This document shows, in pieces, positions 1 through 7,210 of a DNA stretch of 20,000 bases. The notes under the pieces are model-generated. The model was given only the letters and a program-made list of their open reading frames with translations, ran no database searches and was not told the origin of the DNA. Every line of letters starts with the position of its first letter. Positions within the stretch are counted from its first letter, which is position 1. Source of the stretch: an uncultured virus (IMG/VR IMGVR_UViG_3300031951_000032) (taxonomy: Duplodnaviria > Heunggongvirae > Uroviricota > Caudoviricetes). Where the stretch lies: IMG/VR virus record IMGVR_UViG_3300031951_000032; one strand, written 5' to 3'. The position numbers and the translations under genes were made by a program.

Positions 1-13
1 TACTATTAACTAT

Positions 14-54
14 GTAGAGAAAAGTCGCCTCTACTATTCATTTTTCGTGCGACT
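14..54 (+). promoter_or_regulatory. Putative H-type RNA pseudoknot in the 5' leader of the HTH gene
   Basis: Stem 1 is GTAGAG(14-19)/CTCTAC(29-34). Loop bases AGTCGC(23-28) are perfectly complementary to GCGACT(49-54). A -10-like TACTAT lies at 1-6 and the SD GGAG at 64-67. Confidence 0.5.
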
Positions 55-75
55 AATTTTTATGGAGTAAATTGA

Positions 76-339
76 ATGTCTGCTAAAGAGAAAATTCTAA
101 AGTTCCTTTCTAAGGACGGTCCTTACAATACCTTGACTTCTGCACAAGCACGTGCCCGTTTCGGTATCGTAAACGTTGGTGCCCGCATTGAAGAACTTCG
201 TGCTGAAGGCTACTGCATCTATACCAACAAGAAAACTCTTGCTGATGGTCGTCGTATCACTTACTACAAACTCGGCAAACCAACCAAAGAAATGGTTGCT
301 ATGGCACATGCTGTTCTTGGAGCAGAAGCGTTTGCCTAA
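76..339 (+). CDS. Small winged helix-turn-helix DNA-binding protein (HTH_39-like)
   Basis: 87 aa basic ORF with SD GGAG; LTSAQARARFGIVNVGARIEELRAEGYCI pattern followed by a beta-hairpin wing (TNKKTLADGRRITYYKLG). Confidence 0.75.
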   Translation: MSAKEKILKFLSKDGPYNTLTSAQARARFGIVNVGARIEELRAEGYCIYTNKKTLADGRRITYYKLGKPTKEMVAMAHAVLGAEAFA

Positions 340-358
340 ATTAGGCTAGAAACTGGTG

Positions 359-398
359 GAGTGAGAGCATATATATTATGTGTTCTCACTCTTTTTTT
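359..398 (+). terminator. Rho-independent terminator
   Basis: 14-bp stem GAGTGAGAGCATAT/ATGTGTTCTCACTC (2 G-U pairs), loop ATATT, followed by 7 T. Confidence 0.8.
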
Positions 399-409
399 AT
401 GGATAAATT

Positions 410-1225
410 ATGCAATTACAAGTTAACCTTGAAGAACTGAGAAAGAATAAACTGTTCGTGGCTACACCAATGTATGGTGGTATGAATCACGGTTTGTATA
501 TGAAGTCTTGCCTTGACTTACAAACTATCATGATTCGTTATGGCATTGAAACAAAGTTTTCTTTTCTCTTCAACGAATCACTCATCACAAGAGCAAGAAA
601 CTATTTGGTAGATGAGTTTCTACGCACAGATTTTACACACATGATGTTCATTGATTCGGACATTCACTTTGATCCGAATGATATCGTAGCACTGATGGCA
701 TTAGATAAAGATGTTATTGGTGGTCCTTATCCCAAGAAGTCAATCAACTGGGGCAACATTGCGGAAACAGCCCGCAAACATCCAGACCTGAATCCAAAAG
801 AACTTGAGAATCTTGTTGGTGAATACGTATTCAACGTAGTAAAAGGCACACAACAATTCCAAGTATCCGAGCCATTAGAAGTAATGGAAATTGGTACAGG
901 TCATATGATGATCAAGCGTCAGGTGTTTGATAAGATGAAAGAAGAATATCCTTTCATTCGTTATAAGCCCGATCATATTGGTCAAGCACATTTCGATGGC
1001 TCACGTTACATTCATGCATACTTTGATACCGTGATTGACACAACTGATTCATGTGTTGGTGGTGGCTCTGAGCGTTATCTGTCAGAAGATTATATGTTCT
1101 GTCAAATGTGGCGCAAGATGGGTGGAAACATTTGGTTGTGTCCTTGGATGAGAACTCAGCATATCGGTACATACGCATTTACTGGCAACATGCCCGCTGT
1201 TGCTCAGTATACCGGTAGACTTTGA
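410..1225 (+). CDS. GT-A fold glycosyltransferase-like protein
   Basis: N-terminal LFVATPMYGG strand, ESLITRARN, DxD motif FIDSD, GTGHMMIKR, SEDYMFC catalytic-type motif and C-terminal HIG. Confidence 0.75.
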   Translation: MQLQVNLEELRKNKLFVATPMYGGMNHGLYMKSCLDLQTIMIRYGIETKFSFLFNESLITRARNYLVDEFLRTDFTHMMFIDSDIHFDPNDIVALMALDKDVIGGPYPKKSINWGNIAETARKHPDLNPKELENLVGEYVFNVVKGTQQFQVSEPLEVMEIGTGHMMIKRQVFDKMKEEYPFIRYKPDHIGQAHFDGSRYIHAYFDTVIDTTDSCVGGGSERYLSEDYMFCQMWRKMGGNIWLCPWMRTQHIGTYAFTGNMPAVAQYTGRL

Positions 1226-1491
1226 TCGACTACAAATACAGTGAAGACCGTATTCTTGAAGAGTTAAAAAAATACATCGACAAGACATACGGTCAACACT
1301 ACTCACTAAACAAATTCCAAACTTCAGAATTCATTATAGACTGTGGGCACGGTGAAGGATTCTTTATTGGAAACATCATGAAGTATGCACAGCGTTACGG
1401 CAAAAAGAACGGCTATAATCGAGATGACTTGTTAAAAGTTGTACACTATGCTATAATGGCCTTACATAATCATGACTTGACGAGGAAATAA
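1222..1491 (+). CDS. DUF3310 (SaV-like / T7 gp1.7-related) protein
   Basis: HY...FFIGNIMKYAQRYGKKNG..DLLKVVHY pattern typical of DUF3310; TTG start overlaps the upstream TGA. Confidence 0.75.
   Translation: MIDYKYSEDRILEELKKYIDKTYGQHYSLNKFQTSEFIIDCGHGEGFFIGNIMKYAQRYGKKNGYNRDDLLKVVHYAIMALHNHDLTRK
1429..1457 (+). promoter_or_regulatory. Sigma70-type promoter upstream of gp45, inside the DUF3310 CDS
   Basis: TTGTTA-N17-TATAAT with extended -10 TG. Confidence 0.55.
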
Positions 1492-1494
1492 ATC

Positions 1495-2175
1495 ATGAAA
1501 CTTTCAAATGAAACTCTGTCTGTATTGAAAAACTTTGCCAGTATTAATCAAGGCATTCTTTTCAAACCAGGCAAAACAATTCGTACCATTTCTACTCATA
1601 AGAATATTCTTGCTGAGGCTGTTGTCTCTGAAGAAATTCCAAAAGAGTTTGGTGTATATGATCTGAACAACTTTTTGTCCGTTCTTTCACTACACAAAGA
1701 AGAACCTGTGATTGACTTTGATGAGGCAAATGTTCTCATCTCTGGTCTACAAGGTCGCAGCAAAATCAAATATCGCTTCTGTGCATCAAGCATGATCGTT
1801 GCTGCACCAGATAAGAATCTGGAACTCAACAATCCAGAAATCAAATTTGATTTGAGTGCAGAAGACTTTGATTGGATTCTTCGTGCTGCCAATGTCCTTT
1901 CTTCACCACATATTGCTATTGAATCTGATGGTAGTAAAGTTTCTGTAACTGCATTTGATTTGCAGAATGATGCAGCACACACAGAATCTCTTGAAGTGTC
2001 AAAGAGCAATGGTGACAAGTACAAGATGCTGTTCAAAACAGAGAATTTGAAGATGCTTGCTGGTGCTTATTCAGTAACTATCTCTTCAAAGGGTATTGCA
2101 CACTTCAAACACAAATCAATGAGCATTCAGTATTGGATTGCAACTGAAGCAGGCTCAAAATATGAGAAAGGTTAA
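1495..2175 (+). CDS. gp45: Sliding clamp (T4 gp45 homolog)
   Basis: MKLSNETLSVLKNFASINQGI, FGVYDLNNFLSVLSL and C-terminal YWIATE; sits upstream of the clamp loader; SD GAGG. Confidence 0.95.
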   Translation: MKLSNETLSVLKNFASINQGILFKPGKTIRTISTHKNILAEAVVSEEIPKEFGVYDLNNFLSVLSLHKEEPVIDFDEANVLISGLQGRSKIKYRFCASSMIVAAPDKNLELNNPEIKFDLSAEDFDWILRAANVLSSPHIAIESDGSKVSVTAFDLQNDAAHTESLEVSKSNGDKYKMLFKTENLKMLAGAYSVTISSKGIAHFKHKSMSIQYWIATEAGSKYEKG

Positions 2176-2177
2176 TC

Positions 2178-2393
2178 ATGGGTAAGTTTGTTATTTTTAC
2201 AAATGCATCACTAAACCACGATGGTGATTCAATCGCTATCAATAAAGACATTGTTGCATCAGTCTTTGAACTAATTCAGCCAGATTCAAATGCACAACTA
2301 CAACCAAGAACTGTTATTTACGGTGTCAATAATATTGATTGGCAAGTTAAAGAACCATATCTTGAAGTGCTTGCAAAATTGAACGCTGACTGA
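2178..2393 (+). CDS. Hypothetical protein (71 aa)
   Basis: Packed between gp45 and gp44 with SD AAAGG; no recognised motif. Confidence 0.65.
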   Translation: MGKFVIFTNASLNHDGDSIAINKDIVASVFELIQPDSNAQLQPRTVIYGVNNIDWQVKEPYLEVLAKLNAD

Positions 2394-2399
2394 TATAAT
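2371..2399 (+). promoter_or_regulatory. Sigma70-type promoter upstream of gp44
   Basis: TTGCAA-N17-TATAAT with extended -10 TG, about 30 nt before the gp44 ATG. Confidence 0.7.
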
Positions 2400-2431
2400 A
2401 TATTACATTATGATTTTTGTGAAAGGTTACC

Positions 2432-3361
2432 ATGGAACATCTTCTATGGACAGAAAAGTATCGGCCACGAACAGTGGAAGAATGTATTCTACCAGAACGT
2501 TTGAAAGCAGTGTTTCAACAATACGTAAACCAGAAAGAGATGCCAAATCTCCTTCTGGCTGGTGGGGCGGGTGTGGGCAAGACGACAATCGCCAAAGCCA
2601 TGTGCAACGAAATCGGTTGCGACTACATGGTAATCAATGGTTCTGATGAGAACGGCGTCGATACAATTCGTGTCAAAATCAAAAACTATGCATCATCGGT
2701 TTCACTTTCTGGTGGCCGTAAGGTTGTCATTCTAGATGAAGCAGATTATCTAACACCAAACGCACAAGCAATTCTGCGTAATGCGATTGAAGAGTTTGCT
2801 GCAAACTGTTCTTTCATTTTCACCTGCAACTATAAAAACAAAATCATTGATCCACTACACAGTCGTTGTGCGGTCATTGAATTTGGTTTGAAGAATGGTG
2901 AAAAAGCGCAAATGGCTTCTGCGTTTTTCAAACGCATCACACACATACTTGATACAGAGAAAGTTGAATTTGACGAAAAGGTAATTGCCGAAGTAGTCAA
3001 GAAACACTTTCCAGATTTTCGTCGTGTTATCAATGAACTTCAACGCTATTCCAAACTCGGCAAGATTGATGTAGGCATCCTCTCTCAGATTGGTGATATT
3101 TCTCTAACACAGATTGTCAAACATTTGAAAGAAAAAGACTTTACGTCCGTCCGTAAATGGGCAGCAACGTCGGAAATTGATAACACGACATTCTTTCGCA
3201 AACTCTATGATGCTTTGTATGACATTGCAAAGCCTCAGAGTATACCACAAGCAGTCTTAATTCTTGCTGACTACCAATACAAGCAAGCATTTGTTGCTGA
3301 CCATGAAATCAATCTTGTTGCTTGCCTGACAGAAATCATGGCTAACGTGGAATTCAAATGA
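2432..3361 (+). CDS. gp44: Clamp loader large subunit, AAA+ ATPase (T4 gp44 homolog)
   Basis: LWTEKYRP, Walker A GGAGVGKTT, Walker B ILDEAD, SRC motif and FPDFRR. Confidence 0.97.
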   Translation: MEHLLWTEKYRPRTVEECILPERLKAVFQQYVNQKEMPNLLLAGGAGVGKTTIAKAMCNEIGCDYMVINGSDENGVDTIRVKIKNYASSVSLSGGRKVVILDEADYLTPNAQAILRNAIEEFAANCSFIFTCNYKNKIIDPLHSRCAVIEFGLKNGEKAQMASAFFKRITHILDTEKVEFDEKVIAEVVKKHFPDFRRVINELQRYSKLGKIDVGILSQIGDISLTQIVKHLKEKDFTSVRKWAATSEIDNTTFFRKLYDALYDIAKPQSIPQAVLILADYQYKQAFVADHEINLVACLTEIMANVEFK

Positions 3362-3927
3362 TACCTTTTGATACCTTATTTAAAGATGGCAAACTCAACA
3401 AGTTTATGGAAGAAAAGTCTAAAAACTTGTGGGAAGGCACACTCTTTGAAAAGTATCCATTGATATCCAACAAAAACAAAGGCGCCTTGGGAGAGAAAAT
3501 AGTAGGTAAATACATGACATTACTAAACTGTTCTGTAAGAGAAAGAAAAAATTCAGGACAGGATTTTTTAATTGATGGTTATAAAACCGAAGTTAAAATT
3601 AGTTTAGCACATGAAACAGTACACAATCAATTTGCGCTTAATCACATTTCAATAAAAAAAGATTGGGAAAGATTGATCTTTCTTGGAGTCAACTATGATC
3701 TTTCAAAGTCAAAAATGGTATTCTTCAAGAAACAAGACTTTATTGACCATATGGACAACACACCTTCTCCTTTGTTTAAACATCAACAAGGTGGTGAAAA
3801 AATAAAGAATGACGATTACATTTTGATGGGTAATTTTGATAATTTTTTTGATTTGGATTTTGTCTACGACATTTCTGAATGGAAAAATAAGGAAGAACTA
3901 AGAGGTCTAGAATTTTGGTTGAAATAA
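3358..3927 (+). CDS. Putative PD-(D/E)XK restriction endonuclease-like protein
   Basis: KGALGEKIV helix, then D-FLIDG and TEVKIS (E..D..ExK arrangement); adjacent to a DNA methyltransferase; ATGA overlap with gp44. Confidence 0.6.
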   Translation: MIPFDTLFKDGKLNKFMEEKSKNLWEGTLFEKYPLISNKNKGALGEKIVGKYMTLLNCSVRERKNSGQDFLIDGYKTEVKISLAHETVHNQFALNHISIKKDWERLIFLGVNYDLSKSKMVFFKKQDFIDHMDNTPSPLFKHQQGGEKIKNDDYILMGNFDNFFDLDFVYDISEWKNKEELRGLEFWLK

Positions 3928-4916
3928 AAGACTTTTTGAATATCAGATATAGTACCAGAAATCTTTCCGATGAACAATTTGAGGGTATAGTCAATGACTT
4001 AGCCACTCAATTAGAAGGTATAGATTACAAAACACTTTATACTGAAGAACAACTAAGGACAGATTGGAACAATTTGATTCGTTGGTTTTCAAATGAAAAC
4101 ACCATCAATTCAACTTCAAGAATTGGAATGAAATTGTGTGAACACTTTTTCCCAAACTTCTATAAAATAGAAGACAATCGTGGTAAAAGTTTTGCCAACA
4201 GTTGGACTGCTGAAAATCTGCAAAAAATTTTACGTTGGAATAGAAAGAGTCATAGCACACCATATCTTTCAGAACTAAAACGTGGAGTTTATTTTTGTTG
4301 TGGTCTAACCAAAAGTACAATGTATAGACCACAAATGGCAAAACTTTTGTGTTTGAAATATAAACCAAAAATAGTTTTAGACCCATGTGCTGGTTGGGGT
4401 GGAAGAATGTTAGGTGTGGTTTCAAGTGGTGCAAGATACATTGCTTTTGAACCAAATACAGAAACTTATAAAAATTTACAAAGACTGATTAAGTTTTTAA
4501 ATATTGAAGATAAAGTTACAATCATATGTGATGATGCTTTAAATATGGCTAACTATAATTTACCTAAAGTGGATATGGTTTTGACCAGCCCACCCTATTT
4601 TGATGTTGAAGTTTATACTAAAGAGTCAACTCAATCAATAAACAATGTAACTAACTATGAATCCTGGATTGCAGAGTTTCTCAAACCTTTGATTGAAAAA
4701 TCACTAAGCCATTTGAAAGAAGATGGTGTGAGTTGTTGGAACGTCGGTAAAGTCGGAAATAAAAACATGATAGATGATGTTAAGAATGTTCACTTTGAAA
4801 AACATTATTACGTTTTTGATAAATTCTCACTGGTCAGCAGCAAAAGGCAGGCATTGCAGAATGAACTTAAAAATGAGAAAAGTTTAGATGACACGGTGAT
4901 TTTTAAATATGAGTAA
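3915..4916 (+). CDS. DNA amino-methyltransferase (N4-C or N6-A; motif I before motif IV)
   Basis: SAM-binding motif I VLDPCAGWGG, YIAFEPN and catalytic motif IV TSPPYF; the TTG start is uncertain. Confidence 0.88.
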   Translation: MVEIKDFLNIRYSTRNLSDEQFEGIVNDLATQLEGIDYKTLYTEEQLRTDWNNLIRWFSNENTINSTSRIGMKLCEHFFPNFYKIEDNRGKSFANSWTAENLQKILRWNRKSHSTPYLSELKRGVYFCCGLTKSTMYRPQMAKLLCLKYKPKIVLDPCAGWGGRMLGVVSSGARYIAFEPNTETYKNLQRLIKFLNIEDKVTIICDDALNMANYNLPKVDMVLTSPPYFDVEVYTKESTQSINNVTNYESWIAEFLKPLIEKSLSHLKEDGVSCWNVGKVGNKNMIDDVKNVHFEKHYYVFDKFSLVSSKRQALQNELKNEKSLDDTVIFKYE

Positions 4917-5295
4917 TCCATTTGACTATGCAACTGCCATCCTACAAACTAAGAAGCAAATGATTGTAGATGATATAACCGAGAAAGACTATGCTCCTTT
5001 TCTGGTCAACCGAGCCTTGTCTCAACACAAGGATTGTCTGGCCTTTGCGAATGAGATGAATAGTAGGCACTACCTTGAAAAGAAACTACAATTTGACTAT
5101 TTGCTAAATACCGTCAGGTCTATGAAAAGACCGTTTGCGAAGTGGGCTAAGGCTGAAAAAAACGATGATTTGGAATGTGTCAAACTGGTCTATGGCCTGT
5201 CCGATTCCAAAGCACGTGAGGCTTTGAGACTTCTCAGCAAAGAACAAATCCAAAAACTAAAAGAAGAAACCCTGACGGGTGGGTTAAGGAAATGA
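4909..5295 (+). CDS. gp62: Clamp loader small subunit (T4 gp62 homolog)
   Basis: PFDY..AI, YAPFLVNRALSQHKD, ANEMN, QFDYLLN, KRPFAKWAK and YGLS..KAREAL; lies directly upstream of regA. Confidence 0.93.
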   Translation: MSNPFDYATAILQTKKQMIVDDITEKDYAPFLVNRALSQHKDCLAFANEMNSRHYLEKKLQFDYLLNTVRSMKRPFAKWAKAEKNDDLECVKLVYGLSDSKAREALRLLSKEQIQKLKEETLTGGLRK

Positions 5296-5296
5296 C

Positions 5297-5701
5297 ATGG
5301 TTGATTTATCAAAGTTTGTTGAAGTCGTTCTTTCAAATCAAGATGACTTTTTAAAAATTCGTGAGACACTCACAAGAATCGGTGTCTCAAGTCGTAAAGA
5401 GAGGGTGCTGTATCAGTCTTGCCATATTCTACATAAACAAGGTAAGTATTATATCGTACACTTCAAAGAATTATTTGCATTAGATGGTAAGCTATCAACA
5501 ATTACCGAAAATGATATACAAAGACGTAACGCTATTGCCAATTTACTTGAGGAATGGGGCTTGCTAAAGATTGTAAACTATGATATAGTAGAGAATAATA
5601 TGGCACCAATTCATCAAATTAAGATTATTGCTTTCAAAGAAAAAGATGAATGGGAACTAGTTGCTAAATATAACATAGGTAAAAAAGGTAGAACTGAATA
5701 A
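5297..5701 (+). CDS. regA: Translational repressor RegA
   Basis: DDFLKIRETLTRIGVSS, LYQSCHILHKQGKYYIVHFKELFALDG and RRNAIANLLEEWGL are hallmark RegA sequence. Confidence 0.97.
   Translation: MVDLSKFVEVVLSNQDDFLKIRETLTRIGVSSRKERVLYQSCHILHKQGKYYIVHFKELFALDGKLSTITENDIQRRNAIANLLEEWGLLKIVNYDIVENNMAPIHQIKIIAFKEKDEWELVAKYNIGKKGRTE
5561..5589 (+). promoter_or_regulatory. Sigma70-type promoter inside regA, upstream of ORF 5714 and hsp20
   Basis: TTGCTA-N17-TATAGT with extended -10 TG; 24 of 30 nt identical to the promoter at 1428-1457. Confidence 0.5.
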
Positions 5702-5713
5702 CGGTGATGCATC

Positions 5714-5896
5714 ATGAGCAAAGTGAAAAACAATGCGATTAAACTGGTTAACAAGTACACCAAAGAAGAGGTGTACACACGGAATTACGATGATGTGATA
5801 AAAGAAGGCAATAATGAGTTCATTAAAGTCTTCAATCAAAGTAATCCACAAAGAACTTATCTTGTCAATCGTACAGCATTTGCGATTGCCAAGTGA
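5714..5896 (+). CDS. Hypothetical protein (60 aa)
   Basis: ORF fills the regA-hsp20 gap, with a GGTG SD-like element upstream. Confidence 0.65.
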   Translation: MSKVKNNAIKLVNKYTKEEVYTRNYDDVIKEGNNEFIKVFNQSNPQRTYLVNRTAFAIAK

Positions 5897-5898
5897 GT

Positions 5899-5946
5899 CG
5901 TGATGCCTTCGGGGTCACGTAATTTTACTTGCTTAAAAGGAGAAAA
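5899..5946 (+). promoter_or_regulatory. Structured hsp20 leader: cUUCGg hairpin plus ROSE-like SD-sequestering hairpin
   Basis: CGTGATGCC-TTCG-GGGTCACG (5899-5919), then TTTTACTTGCTTAAAAGGAGAAAA (5923-5946) in which UUGCU pairs with the AGGAG SD around a bulged G. Confidence 0.6.
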
Positions 5947-5948
5947 CT

Positions 5949-6434
5949 ATGACTATTACTCGTATTAGTCCTTTACTACATCATACTCTTGGCTTTGATC
6001 GTTTCTTTGATGACATTGAGAAGTTGTTGTCTGCTACGCCAGCACAACATACTGGAAATACTTTTCCGTATCACAATATTATCAGAGTAGATGACAATCG
6101 TTACATTATTGAACTTGCGGTTGCAGGCTTCAGTAAAGACGACATTGAAATTACCAGAGAAAAAAATACTTTGGTAATCAAAGGTAATAAAGAAGATGAA
6201 GATATGGGACAAGCAGAATATCTACACAGAGGTATTGCTGCACGTAACTTCACAAAAACAATTACCATTGCTGACACTATTGAAGTACATAGTTCAGAAC
6301 TCAAAGATGGTATTCTGCGTGTTGGTCTTATTAATGTTATTCCAGAACATCAAAAGCCAAAACGCATTGAAATTGGTAATGAACTGAAATTTTTTGAGCC
6401 TAAACTTCTACAAGAAGAAAAACAGGCTGCATAA
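5949..6434 (+). CDS. hsp20: Small heat shock protein Hsp20 (IbpA-like)
   Basis: GFDRFFD, FPYHNII, IELAVAGF, YLHRGIAARNF, LKDGIL and IPEHQKPKRIEI alpha-crystallin motifs. Confidence 0.95.
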   Translation: MTITRISPLLHHTLGFDRFFDDIEKLLSATPAQHTGNTFPYHNIIRVDDNRYIIELAVAGFSKDDIEITREKNTLVIKGNKEDEDMGQAEYLHRGIAARNFTKTITIADTIEVHSSELKDGILRVGLINVIPEHQKPKRIEIGNELKFFEPKLLQEEKQAA

Positions 6435-6436
6435 AC

Positions 6437-6458
6437 AGTGGGGCGCAAGCCCCACTTT
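6437..6458 (+). terminator. GNRA hairpin, probable weak terminator after hsp20
   Basis: AGTGGGGC-GCAA-GCCCCACT 8-bp stem followed by only a short T run. Confidence 0.6.
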
Positions 6459-6470
6459 GAAGGATACATG

Positions 6471-7046
6471 ATGGACAAAGACCTACGATCATATCTCAAA
6501 ATCTATTCCGATTGGCTCACACCAGAAGTGTGTCAAGAAACTGTTGACGAACTTGAACTAGTTGAAGGACAGTTTCAGACGCACCAGTTCTACGACTATC
6601 AGAATAATTCTAATCATTCGTATGAGCATGAACTTGCTGTTACATGGTCAAATGTAAAGCACAAAGAGTACATCATGCAAAGAATATGGGATGGCTTGCA
6701 GAGATATCACAAAGAACTTACTGATTGGGGTTGTAATTGGTATCAATCTTGGCAAGGATTCACTGAAGTTCGTTTCAACCGTTATCGTGAAGATACACAA
6801 ATGAAACTTCACTGCGACCACATTCATTCAATGTTTGATGGTCAACGTAAGGGTATACCAACACTTACTATTCTTGGTGGTTTGAATGGCGGCTATGATG
6901 GTGGTGATTTGGTATTTTGGCAAGACACTCCTATAACTTTGAAGTCTGGTGAGATTATGATTTTCCCATCAAACTTCCTTTATCCACACAGAGTCGATCT
7001 GGTGACGAAAGGCACACGATACTCTTATGTTGCTTGGACATGGTAA
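6471..7046 (+). CDS. 2OG-Fe(II) oxygenase (prolyl-hydroxylase-like)
   Basis: HCD...YDGGDL...IFPSNFLYPHRV..VTKGTRYS (HxD..H..RxS). Start moved from GTG 6438, which lies inside the hairpin, to ATG 6471 (or 6468) after SD AAGGA. Confidence 0.88.
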   Translation: MDKDLRSYLKIYSDWLTPEVCQETVDELELVEGQFQTHQFYDYQNNSNHSYEHELAVTWSNVKHKEYIMQRIWDGLQRYHKELTDWGCNWYQSWQGFTEVRFNRYREDTQMKLHCDHIHSMFDGQRKGIPTLTILGGLNGGYDGGDLVFWQDTPITLKSGEIMIFPSNFLYPHRVDLVTKGTRYSYVAWTW

Positions 7047-7210
7047 TGAAATCAAATTCAAACTTTAAAATGGGCAAAGAACTGAAGGTTCTACTTTCAG
7101 GTCTTTCTGGTAAAAACAAGACTGACTACAAGCGTGAGATGATTCAAGCAATCATTGCTCCACGAATTGAATTCAAGAAGAAGAAAAAAGAAGAGGTGCA
7201 AGGTGACTGA
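7046..7210 (+). CDS. Small basic hypothetical protein (54 aa), not in the supplied ORF track
   Basis: MKSNSNFKMGKELKVLLSGLSGKNKTDYKREMIQAIIAPRIEFKKKKKEEVQGD*. It has a TAATG overlap with the upstream stop and overlaps the downstream GTG start. Confidence 0.7.
   Translation: MKSNSNFKMGKELKVLLSGLSGKNKTDYKREMIQAIIAPRIEFKKKKKEEVQGD

Noticed and set aside
7155..7202. N-terminal extension MLHELNSRRRKKKRCK on the DUF4422-like gene
   Set aside because: It is the out-of-frame reading of the 54-aa ORF; GTG 7203 has an SD and is the more plausible start.
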